Part shown: positions 39,771 through 52,149 of the stretch, in pieces
How the letters are laid out: every line of letters starts with the position of its first letter
Position numbering within the stretch: position 1 is the first letter of the stretch
Notes under the pieces: generated by a model
The model's input: the letters and a program-made list of their open reading frames with translations, nothing else
Database searches by the model: none
What the model was told of the DNA's origin: nothing
Made by a program: the position numbers and the translations under genes
Origin: Felis catus
Lineage: Eukaryota
Assembly (NCBI RefSeq): GCF_018350175.1
Contig: NC_058369.1
Coordinates: 24,182,001 to 24,246,000 of the forward strand
Length of the DNA: 64,000 nucleotides
Direction: 5' to 3'

Positions 39771-42700
39771 CTGATTGGAGCAAGGGTGAAAGCAGCAATT
39801 TGGAGGATAAGCAGAAAGGAAAAGGGATAGCAAAAGAGAATAAAAGGAAGGAAATGCATTAGTTTTAAACATACAGCCAACAGATGTTATATTAGCAGGT
39901 TTTATAACCAAATGAAGGACAATAAAGCAACTTTTATCTGATATTACCTCAAAAAGCCCTGGGCACACACTGTAAGCTGTTCTATTAAATATTATACATA
40001 AGAAACCAGTACCTGCTCTCATATGCATAATCACTGTAAGCACTGGTGTGAACCAGAGGTGTACTCCAGCAACCCAAGAGCTGGAATTTGCCCTTTTCTG
40101 GTGGTTTATTCATTGGGAAAGTTCCTATCTATGTGCATATAAAATTCTTTTATTTTATAAACTTAAATGGAGGTTAAGGTATTAGAGCTGGTGGTAAGGA
40201 CTGATGTCAGAAAAGATTTTATTTCAACCAGTAACCATCTTATAAGATATTCTTCCTTCCTCCTTGAAAGACAAAAGGGGCTGGGCAATTTGGCTTTCTG
40301 TTCAAAGATTTCCATTTTCGATGCTCACAAAGCACGGCACCTAGCAATGATCAAAGACACTGCAAGAAGGGCTTCAGGTGAGGTGTTGCCCTCCTATCAG
40401 CCTCCCAAAAAAGGACAGAGCAACTTCCAAAGCTGAGTAATTTTTTTCAGTTGTGAAAATGACGATCATACTTCATCACTGAAAATATCCAGATGCGTGA
40501 TAACTTATTTGTACAAAAATATTTAACATGCCCTTCTAATAAGTCAAAACAATAAAGTCCCAGATCAAGCAAAAATTAAAAGAAAAAAAAAGTCATGATC
40601 TTCTTCAGGCTACTACAGGAGCATATAGTGGACATTCATTTTGTTAACCTATATAATGCTCTTTGTAAAAAACAAAGTGGATATACAAACAGGTTACCAG
40701 CTCTCTATCAATGGGACTCCCACCATTCCATACTATTAAGAAGTAATTTTAAGCATTTCACAGAGAAAGGAAAAATAAATCATCCGGAGAAAGCTTAAAT
40801 AAGAACATTTCAAATGAAAACAATGTTGACCATGATGATAAAACTCAAAAAGAAAATTCAAGATTAAACACATGGTGAAAGCATTGATTCAATAATCCCT
40901 CATATTTGAAATCCCTTTGCAGAGTGTTTCATGATCATGAACACACAACTGATCAAAAATAAGTTAGATCAGGCCATGATCAGAGTGGGGACACTGGCCC
41001 CAGCTGTTCCTTCAAATCCTTCTTGATTAGAGAGGTATATCAAACTATGATCCATGGCCAAGCTTTAGAGAATCCTAAATTGAAACAGTAAGCAAACATT
41101 TAAGATTAGTTGCCTTTTCCAAGGGTTCCTAGTTTTCATCAAATTCCCAAAGGCATCCATAATATCCATTACCTTTTCCCAAGGGTTGCTAGGGATGGTG
41201 CAAAACCATCAGCCACTTGTTTCATTGAGAGGTCCTTAAACACTTTAACAAACATAAATAGAAATCTCTCAGAAAGAAGAGTTTATATCAAAACAAACAG
41301 AAATAGTATCGGGTTTCTCTGACATATCATGAGACTTCTAGAACACAGTATCATCATTTTTTTTTTAAGTAAAACTTCAGTCTACATTTTGTAAAACCTG
41401 TTAGGAAAGGCATCAGACAAATTATGTCAACACATTATTGAACAAATTCAGAAGGAAAAATCATAGTCTGTTTCTCAACCTTAGATAAGGTGCTTTTAGG
41501 CATCTGAAATGATTTCTCAAATGTCTGAATGTCTGATGACATTATGTCTTGATCCAGTTAATTAAGTGCTACCTGTTTTCTATTCCAATGTTATTATGTC
41601 TTAGGAGTAGAACACTGAAGGACCCACTCTCCTCTCCACAGTGGGGAGGGATGCGATTGAGGGCTTGATTTGGGAATTCCCTGTCTTCTAGACATATACC
41701 AACAACCCCCCTTAACATATTTAAGATAATTACATGAAAGGTTACCTGACCAATTCCTTCCCATGGGTGAGATGTCAGAAATCCAGTAGCAGCTGGACTT
41801 GTTTGACAAGAGCTCTATTAACCTCTCTCTTTTCCCTAAGGCAGAATTAATTCTGAAACTCTAAATTAAACTCAGAGCCCTTGATGGGCACTGACACAGA
41901 AAGACCACATATTTCACTCCCTCTAATGTTTAATTGCCTATCTAATCATATAGCATACGTGGTATCTAGCACTGGTGATCAGATAAAGACTTCGACCTGA
42001 TTTGGACCAACCCTCAGAGATATGCTCAAAGTCCTTCACCCACGGGTGTCAAACTTCCCCAGAGTCCCCTGCTGTCCAAGGCAGAAGCTCCCTGCTGAGC
42101 CATCAGCATCAAGTGCAAGACTTTATAAGAAAGACTGCACATGGGGATCACACTGTACAATATGCATTTTGAAAAGCAAAATTTTCAATGGCTGATGAAA
42201 ACCATCATTCATGTAGAATTTAAGAGGTAAATGCATTCATGTAAGGGCCAGGCAGATGCTATTTTGAATATATACATTGTGGAGAAAATAAAAAATGGGA
42301 AGATTATCAGAGTAGAAAACAAACAAGAATTGCCCTCTAAGAGAGAAGTAGGCCAGTGTCCGTGTCATTTGAGTTATATTAGTACTAACCCTGAACCTTT
42401 TGTTGCCCATGACTGAAGTTCTGGAATATTTTAACACTTGCTGCCTTTAAAAAGAAGTCTTTTCACTCTGGTAGGTCACATTACAGACCAGAGACCACAA
42501 ATTTATTTCAAGTTCAATTTTTTGGTTTTCAAAATCACAAACTTAATTGCAAACACTCCTCCATGACTCCAAAATGGAGATATATGTCACATTGCTAAGA
42601 AATCTTTAGTTCCCAACATTATGAGGTAGGAATTTTGTAGTTTAAGCCAGAAAATGGAGACACTGCCCAATTTCAAAAGGGCTGCCTGACAAACGAGGAA

Positions 42701-43384
42701 GATGTTTTGGTCAGAATACACATGTAGCTCAGCAGATAACACTTCAGAAAGGCAGGCCAAGGCTGAGCTCTCCTTTTCCCAAGAAACTTTCCCTCTTGCT
42801 CTCTACCCCCACCTCCTTTGGGGCCTGGGTTGGGGCTGGAGCTCAGACATTTCCCAGACTATGTTCTGCTGCTGGACCCAAGATACAGGCAGGCAGAGAA
42901 CTGGGACAGACTCAAGTCCCACCACACGTTTAATGAATTACAGTGCTTGGGAGGCATCAGCTTTAAGGAAAGGCAAAGATAGAGATAAAGAAAATGTGCA
43001 GAAAGTACATAAAGATAAATGCCTATAAAATCACTGTTGTTTTAATGCATTCCATATTGAGGATATTAAAATGTGAATATTTTTGATGATTTAATGGCAC
43101 TAGTGTCCAGCTAAGACCTGTTTGTCCAACTAAGACTATGCTATTTTTATGCAAATATTTATAGTAGCTGATCCTGATTTTTCAGTTACAGTTCTAGGGA
43201 GCTGGGTTAGTACAGAAAAATGCCTTCAAAATGTGGAGCCCATCACTTGCTTCCATGAAAGCTAATAAAGATGAGACAGATCTCCTGTGGCCCAGCAGCG
43301 ATGCCTCTCTGCCAGTTATGTGACTATTTAGTGCTACTGGACTAACTTCTTCCTTCTAGCTCCCTGGTAGATTGGATTGTTCTC

Positions 43385-43620
43385 AGTCACTCACCTGTCA
43401 GACCTGGGTTCAAATTTCAACTTTCATTCTTATAAACTCTGAAATTTTAGAAAGTTACTTAATCTGTATAAGTCATAGTTTTCTCATCTATAAAATGAAG
43501 ATAATGATACTTTCTGTGTTGTAAGATTAAATGGTATAAAGTATTGCAGGTCAAGTGCCTAGGAAAGTGCCTGATATACATTGTGAGCATAAAATATGCA
43601 TATTATTATTATTATTATTA
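43385..43620 (+). mobile_element. MIR SINE with (TAT)n tail
   Basis: CAGACCTGGGTTCAAAT...AAGTTACTTAATCT...TTTTCTCATCTATAAAATGAAGATAATG. Confidence 0.8.
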
Positions 43621-43928
43621 TCTAGAGGATAGATAATATTATAAATATTATCTAGGGAATAGATAATATTACACCTTTCAAAGACTCACAGATTCTCAGA
43701 ATAATAAGACTAGGAGTCAGGAAACATACATTACAGTTTTGCCTTTTTCTGACCACAGGACCAATCTCCAGAAGGTAATTCAACCTTACAGGGTCTCAGT
43801 TTCCTCACCAATAAAAGAGATGTGATCATAACTTCCCTGTGACTTTACATTAGCTTTTTAAGGAAAGTTTTGGTCCTAATGTATAATTCCAAGGTAGCCA
43901 TGTAGATACATCTAAAATTAACAGTGAT

Positions 43929-44180
43929 GGGGTGCCTGGGTGGCTCAGTCAGTTAAGCATCTGACTTTGGCTCAGGCCATGATCTTGCAGCTCATGAGTT
44001 CAAGCCCCACATAGGGCTCTGTGCTGACAGCTCAGAGCCTGGAACCTGCTTTGGATTCTGTGTCTCCCTCTCTCTCTGCCCCTCCCCTGCTCGCTCGCTC
44101 TCTCTCTGTCAAAAATAAACAAACATTAAAAAAAAATCAATAATAAATTAAATTAAATTAAATTAAATTAAATTAAATTA
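43929..44180 (+). mobile_element. Can-SINE with (AAATT)n expanded tail
   Basis: GGGGTGCCTGGGTGGCTCAGTCAGTTAAGC head; tail followed by about 7 AAATT units. Confidence 0.95.
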
Positions 44181-45586
44181 AAAAGTGTTTTTAGGAACTA
44201 ATAGACTGAGAGAACATTCCCATATCTTAAAATTAAAATTAAGCCCTTAAGGATTTTAATTTGTATGCTTAGTCAGGAAAAGAAATTCTTGATTTAATCG
44301 CTAAAATTGGTCACACTATATAAAATTCTGATTATCATCGAACTAATACTAAGATTTTAAGTGAAATACTAATTGCCTTGGAATCTGAATATATTAAATT
44401 CTATTTTTGAAAATGTTGAAAATTTGAGAATTAACCTATCTATTTAATACATGGCCACTTAACCTTGAGTATTTACTTGTTTTAGCATTCAACTATTCTA
44501 ATAATAGAACTGTTGCACCAGGACCTGGCACCTGAAAAGTATGATATATTTTAAGAGATTGTTAGAGATTCATTTCTAACAAGATTTAAGGTGCACAGCT
44601 GGCACGAAGCAGAGGCAAAATTTGAACCCAGGTCTTTTTGTCAGTACAGCCCGTGAGCTTTCCACGAGGCCATAGGGAGCTATTCTGCACGTCTTGACGT
44701 CCTTTCAGGCCTCACAAGTGTCTTGATCAGAGCTGGCAAACATTCACTGATTTATTTAAAATTTGTTGATCTCTTCCATATGGACTGAATCTAGGAAAGA
44801 CAAATTCTGCCTTATTGCTGAACCAGTAAGAAATCCTCAGAGGTAATGGAGTTACGTAAGATTATTCAGAAATTCTTTCCTTATATAAAATATAGGAAAA
44901 AGCATTGATAGAAAGCTTATTTTTAGAGTCTATCCTATACCTAAATACAATATGGATATGATTTATCTGAAAATCTAAATGTTCTGGAATCCTGATACAA
45001 CCGTCTTTGTTTTTAGACAGAATCTGCTATCAGGTAGACCTGCCTTAGATCCTATTCAAACATATTTATTTAACAAATGCTATAAGGTCCTCTTACAAGA
45101 TACATCCCAAGATGAATGTGTTGTGGTGTGCCAAAAGACATCCAAAGGATGCAAGCTCCTTTCCCTTTCTCCTATCTTGAATGAATTTCCAAATATATTC
45201 TTCCATATTCTTTGCCTGAAACAAACCTAAACCACAAATGCTTGTCTTTTATGGGAAAACAGCAACAACAACCACTACTAAGGTTTCAAGTAGTCATAGC
45301 CTCAATTTTTCACACACTTTGCTGTCCCAAATGTGAAATCAGGGACATCACTCAAGAAACTTGGCCATTTCTTTCTTAAACACTTAAGAAGTACATAAGC
45401 GCTCAAAAGATAAGCCAGTTGGCTTCTTGAATGTTCTAGAGAAACACATCATCCCTAATAGGCCCCATTCTTTGTTTCCAACTTGAAATAGGAATGCACA
45501 TTCCAAATCCCACACCACCTGCAAGGGGCAACTTAAGCCCATGTTCACTCATTGCTGACAATTCATAACATGACTGCAGAACTTAC

Positions 45587-45780
45587 CTCTCAAGTTCTGC
45601 AATCTTCTTGTCCTTGTCATTCTTTTCATTCTCCACCTCCTTGAGGATCTCCAGCAACCGGTCGACTTCCGCTTGGGCCTTGCCACACTCATCACGGTAG
45701 TAAGATGCCTCTTTATCAAGTTGTTTTATCCGGTCTGCAAACTCAGGGTTCATCCTGGAGTCATCTTCAATATTATGAGC
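45587..45780 (-). CDS. ERC2: ERC2 coding exon, 194 nt, phase 0-2: AHNIEDDSRMNPEFADRIKQLDKEASYYRDECGKAQAEVDRLLEILKEVENEKNDKDKKIAELE+AG
   Basis: Acceptor AATGTTGAAG|GCT, donor GAG|GTAAGT; 64 codons plus 2 nt; inside ORF 45583..45789. Confidence 0.96.
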
Positions 45781-48700
45781 CTTCAACATTATATTTTTAA
45801 AGAATGTAGTTAAGACAACAATTTAGAACAATAGGTAGTGCAGTCACCAATGGCCCAGAAATTATCTTTGGAGAAAAAATAATAACCATCAAGAATTATG
45901 GGTATACTGTCAGTTAAAAGGCAAAATGGAAAATCCTACATTTCAGCTCCCTTGGAACAATGCTGATTTTAAATTATATTACAGTTTCACAGGGAAGTTT
46001 CTTTTATTGTTAATATTTTGTTGCATTAAATGTTACTACTTTTGGGGTATTTTTCCCCCACCAAAAAATGGGGGATGGTTGGGAGTAGAGACTGTGACAT
46101 CTTTATTCCTGATGCTTTGGCAAGCAGAACGAAGACAATTCGACTCCTCACAGTTAAGGAGGAAATTCATACCAACAGCTTCCTTTTCCAGTAGAGAAAC
46201 TGAGATAAAACAATATTAAATTATTTTTCCAAGAACCAGCAAGGGTATATGTAAAGTCCGGTAACATATAAGGGACTGGTTGACTGTTCATGGAACACTT
46301 CATCCCACTAAGAGATTTCAGCAGAAGATGTAGGTTGAAAGACAGACTTGCAAGTGAGGAAGGGCTTTCCAGCTAACAGTCATACCCATAAATTCTTGTT
46401 CTCTTGATGAAATTTAACCTTAACCAGGAGGAGGATGAGCTAATTCATGAACAAGCACACAGACAAGAATCTGCAAACACATGCATGGGTGGGTGGCAGC
46501 TTCACACACAAGAACATACACAGGCAACAACACAGCAACAACACTGCAGAATAATTTGCAGCCAAAGTATTTGTGGTTTTGTGTGTCTGAAAGTGTGTTA
46601 TGGCTTTTTTTTTTTCCCAAAATAAACTTTTGGCTGAAATATTCTCAGACAGATGGAAAGAACACTGCACTGCAATGTTTTGCCTACCCCTTGTTTCCCA
46701 TTATTCCTAATTGACTTCTTCAAAGAGTAGGCAGGGAAAAAACAAGTAGTTTAACAACAGTGCACATTCAACAGAGAAAGTTCTGAGAAGTCATATATGT
46801 ATGTATCTCCAAAATCCATGTGTGAAATAATACAATGTTAACAATTTATTAGGACTTAAGTTGTTCTGCTGTCTTGCTATGTAGAACAGATGTTCATTGT
46901 GTTTTTATAACTTTTTTTTTTTAATTTCAGGGAAAAAACAAGGCAAGCAAGCTATAGCTACTGTGGGGTTAAATGAATCATGCATGGTTAGAAAAATTAA
47001 CACTAATACTGCTATTACAAGGTTGACAGTTTTTTGCAATGATTTAGTTGAAATAAATTAAAAAATTAGTATAAAAAGAAATTTCTTATTTATGACAAAA
47101 TCATTTTTAGAATAATATTCTTGCATGTAACATATTATTTAAGCATGAGGATAGGAAAAAATAATTTGCTTTCATGTTCTTTAATCTAAGATTTCCTTAC
47201 TCAACACATAAACTCAACTATGCAAAAGAACTTGGAAAAATTTATCAGTTCAACATACTACTATCAGGTACTGGTTTATTCCCTTTTACCAACACTTCTC
47301 AGAAAACATTTATTTTTGTTTACTTAGTATATGCATTAGGTTTCATTCTAATAGATTACTGAGCTTTTTCAGTATAATTTAAATAATCTGAAAGAGAATC
47401 CTGAGCTAATATGCCTTTAGAAGTTTATTCACCTAACAATTTTATTTTAAATTGAAGTAATGAATATTTAAATTTGTTAATCTCCACTTTTAAAATACAG
47501 AGTAGACACTTTATTTTAAAAGAAAATAACTATTCCATATACCTACTTCTATTTGTGATAACAATCAACTCATTTCTCTTGTATCAGAAAAGCACTTAAA
47601 ATATAAAATTTTAAAAACTGCTAAGAAAAAGAAAACAAAATATTCATGTTAATTCTCTTCCACTTTTATGCTATGTTACGATTATTTTATGGCAGCTAGA
47701 AAGCTTCTCATGACATTTTTCTCAAACTACCCAACCAATAATATTAAGATCTTCAAAAAAGGACTCATGAACTGAGTAATAAGAAGCTAGAACATAAGAA
47801 ATTTAAATAGGTTTTGATTGTGTGTTTCTGATTTAGGATTCCCTCTTGACTCTAATTTAAAGATTCGCAAGGAGCTAGCAGTTCAGTTAGCCACTGTGCT
47901 TTATTTTGGTTGTTTTTATTCTTATGATTATTATTATCATTACTTTTAATAAATGGGTACAGGATTACTAGTTGCAAGACCTATATTCTAAATTTAGCCC
48001 TGTGTCTTATGACTACTATGGACAAAGGGGTTAGCCTCTCCAAGGACAGCAAAAACTACCAAATAACAAACATAGGGGAAGGTATTATTCATTTGTATTC
48101 TTATTATGAGTATTACTTTATGATATGCATCCCATTGGTACGGCTTGTTATACAGCTAAGTTCATGGGTTTATTTAGTTTTTCTTCCAGATACTACATAC
48201 ACCTTAGAGAAGCCTCCTGCTAGGCTTACAGAAAAAGCAGTCTGCTGGGGGATGGGTATCTGAACACATTCCTTCTTTTAGCTCTGTGAAGAGAAGATAA
48301 TCTAAGGCCAGCTTTCGACACCAGGTGAAATTAGGTGGGTTGGTATTCTTTTCAACCCAACAAATGAATACTGTTAAAGGATTCATGGGATGTTTCGAAG
48401 TACAGAAAGCCTAGCAAAAGACATACCTCAATCTAGACCACTGTTGGCCTCAAGTGATACTAAAATTAGATCATGTTATTAAAAGAGATCATAGTCAAGT
48501 TTACAGTTAGCCTGGTATCTGTTAGATAATACTTATGGGTGCCAGTAATTCTTCTTTTTAAAAGGAATGGGCAACTGCAAGAATACCTTTGAGTTAAATA
48601 CATCTCCGTATCAATGATACGTGCCAGGATTTTTGGAAGGGTAATTAAATAAAGGTGTAAATAGATACCCTATAAAAAATTTTTTGTAAGTCAATAGAAA

Positions 48701-50577
48701 GCATTAAGAAAGAGTTGTATAGAGATGGGCAAGTAACAATTGCTTCTGGGTCATCATTAGTGTCCATGAAAAGATTCAAGGGATGAGTTTCACATGACTG
48801 ACAGCTGGTAAGCCCCCTATCCAACCTGAGTAGTGGAGGCAAAAGTCTCCACAGAATTCATAAAAGATATTGTAGGTAGCCACCTCCATTCGGCTTGATC
48901 TTAACTTTTCAGAGGATGGGCTAAAATTGTTAACCAGCATTACATGAGTGTGTTATATTGTGATCTATGGACTTGAGGGTTATACTACATATACTAAAGA
49001 AATACAGGAGGAGATTGAGCTTATAAAGCTATGCTTCCATCCAAGTTATAAGGCCAGAGCCTCCTCTAAAAATGAAGTGAAGGAAGCACTTTATTTACAT
49101 TTAGCAATACTCTTGCCTTTTCAAATTATAACATGGGTTCTTTAACCTAGAATGGCTGGTTACTTCAGACACTGAAGACAAAAATAATAAATATATTTGA
49201 GTAATGATTATCTGAACAAATTCCTAGCATGGCATTCTGGCCCATTCAAGGTTTAAAGTAAAAATACACAGTAATTCTTTCTCCTTATGGATGCGTTGAT
49301 TTCAAATTAGCCCCCGCTAAAGGTCAAGAAGTGATTGCCCATTGCATTCTACTAAGGCACATCAACTTTGTCCTCTATCTGTATTAGTGGGGAATCTAGC
49401 TCTTGAAAATACAGATTGGTGGGGATTTAATGGTTTTAGAAGTTACTTATTATCATAGATATAGGTAAGAATATCATCACTTTCAAAGATATTCACCAGT
49501 CATTAAAACAAAAAAAAATATCAATAATCATTCTTTTTTTAATGTAGAGATTTAATTTTGCTGATTAAAACCAGTTGGTTTAAAGGAAATCTAGATATCT
49601 GGTTCTGCCTCAAAATATTTCTGGCAACTTTGACAGCAACTCTCAAGCATCTCAGAAACACAGAAATTGGGGAAAGAATATTTCAGAAATGTCTGTATTA
49701 CATATTAGATCAGTAAGTTTTGAGGATCCCCCAATTATGTTTCCTATATTTCCACATGTAAGGAAATTTCCCCACAAGTGGGAAAAATCAAAACAAACTT
49801 GGGAGCTTCAATGATGTGGGCAAGCCTTGGAATTTTGATGTAAACTGACTTTGAAAGCCTGATTTAAGCACAAAAGAGAAATCTGGTCATGACTTAGGAC
49901 AAGTAGTACATAACAATACCTAGTGGTTATTTTAATTATAGAATTTAGAACTATTTTAGGAAATAAGGCAAAGTTTCAAGTTAATGTTATTTATATTTAA
50001 ATTAAAGAGCAAAAAGTGGCTTAAGGCAAACCGGAGAGTGATATCATCAATATGAAAAATCGCAAGTTTATTACTACTTCTCTTATAAAGGTTAGACACT
50101 GATTATATTCAGTAAAACTCCAGTTCATCATTCTAAGTGCTTAAAAGGAAAACATTAACTTTGGCCCAGAAACCTGCTATGAAAATTGGGCAGGGAATAT
50201 TCAATTATAATATTATATAGCATTCTCTCTTTGAAATAGGGCCTAACAATTTAAAAAAAATTATTTCTTTCAAAATAAACAAATGATTAGTCGTGATCAT
50301 AAAGTATAAGCAGAACACTAACTAATGAGTCTGATAGTTTTTCTTCCCTGATGCTTATGAGTTTTAGCAATAATTTGCTAAATTTATGCACAGTGAAGTG
50401 AAAATATGATTCCTGATTGCAGCACTTTGGGGGTTTGGTGTCTGTTAACAGCACTTTAAAATTCCTTTCCTATCTGAACAGCAGAACAGGGTATATAAAC
50501 TACTTTAAACACTACATTTGATTTCAATATTCTAAAAAAAGTTCCATTCTTCACATCTTTATGAACAAAATGTTACG

Positions 50578-50777
50578 TTTTTAAAAAAATTTTTAAAGTT
50601 TATTTTTGAGAGAGAGAGACAGAGTGTGAGGGGCAGAGAAGTGAGACAGAATCTGAAGCAGGCTCTAGACTCTGAGCTGTCAGCACAGAGCCCGACATGG
50701 AGCTTGAACTCACGGACCCTGAGATCATGACCTAAGCCGAAGTTGGTCACTTAACCAACTGAGCCTCCCAGGTGCCC
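50578..50777 (-). mobile_element. Can-SINE (SINEC_Fc-like)
   Basis: TTTATTTTTGAGAGAGAG...CTGAGCTGTCAGCACAGAGCCC...GAGCCTCCCAGGTGCCC. Confidence 0.93.
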
Positions 50778-50794
50778 ATTTTTTAAAAATATCA

Positions 50795-51024
50795 TTTTTT
50801 ATTTTTTTTTTAATTTTTTTTCAACATTTATTTATTTTTGGGACAGAGAGAGACAGAGCATGAACGGGGGAGGGGCAGAGAGAGAGGAAGACACAGAATG
50901 GGAAACAGGCTCCAGGCTCTGAGCCATCAGCCCAGAGCCCGACGCGGGTCTCGAACTCATGGACCGCGAGATCGTGACCTGGCTGAAGTCGGACGCTTAA
51001 CCGACTGCGCCACCCAGGCGCCCC
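50795..51024 (-). mobile_element. Young felid Can-SINE (SINEC_Fc-type)
   Basis: Head GGGGCGCCTGGGTGGCGCAGTCGGTTAAGCGTCCGAC; variant GGGCTCTGGGCTGATGGCTCAG; many intact CpGs; long tail; TSD AAAATATCA at 50786-50794 and 51025-51033. Confidence 0.95.
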
Positions 51025-52149
51025 AAAATATCACTTTTTAAAATAAAGTTTGAATGATTAAAGAACTAGAACATATTATAAAATTTACATTTTATTTAAA
51101 TCCAATTAATACAAAATATAAAAGCTGAGCCTCAATACTTTATTAAAAATCTAACAATGATATGTCTGTGAATCTTATACTACTTATTTCTAAAGGAAAT
51201 TCTTCTTTTATAATTCTAGCTAAGTACATCTGAAATACTCACATTTTTCATTTTATAACAACTATTCTAAAATCTAACATTTTTCACAGATGGAACACAT
51301 AGGCTATTTATAAATAAATAAACAAATGTTCAAAATAATTTTTCTTATGTCACACATATACAAATAAAAAGAATCATCTTATGCTTAACACTTTTTAAGG
51401 CCATTCAAACAAAAATACAATTATAATGTAATCCCTTCTAACTATGAAATGTCCTAAAAATTAGCAAAATAGAGAACTGAAGTTCTCTGGATGTTCTTAA
51501 ATAAAACATGTGACCTCAAATCTTCAGTGTTATTGCATATATTACTTGAGTTCTTTAGACACTGAAAGCCTAGAGCAAGTATGAGGTATTTGTGTGGGTC
51601 CATGTGTTAGTACATGCTGTGTGCATGCCATGAATTGTCTCTTAAATAGTTGTAGTTTTCCATTGTGCTGGGGGACTAGTCTATGAGTGAATCAAATAAT
51701 TTTCATAAATAGGCAAAAAAATTGCAAAAATAAACCACTGTACCTAAAAATGACTGTGAAAGCATTTATAATTCAGTCCACCATGTTCTTGGGATTACAC
51801 AGTCCTATAAATCAAGAAGACCTAACTGAATATTAACAAGATTTTTTTTTCTCTCTCTAGACTGGAAAAATGCTTGGTCTTTTTCTTGTAAACCAGTGCA
51901 TAAAATGTGAGCCCTGCAAAAGATGTGTTTGCAGAAGAGACAGGATTTCAGTGGATAGTGACCAGGCAAGGGGAAAAATTCACAGGTGTGGAGGTACATC
52001 AGAGGGGTCTCAAGTGGGCCCTGGCCAGTCACAAAGTTGCCCCCAGGGCCTCCAAATCAGTCATTTGCCTTGCAACAACAAGGATATTGTACAATGCACT
52101 AAGCTGAGGACCCAGAAGCTCTAAAGTTTTATTAAAAATTTATGAGACC

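Noticed and set aside
51840..51870. Plus-strand acceptor-like TTTTTTTTTCTCTCTCTAG suggesting an antisense exon
   Set aside because: No matching donor, promoter or coding signal found
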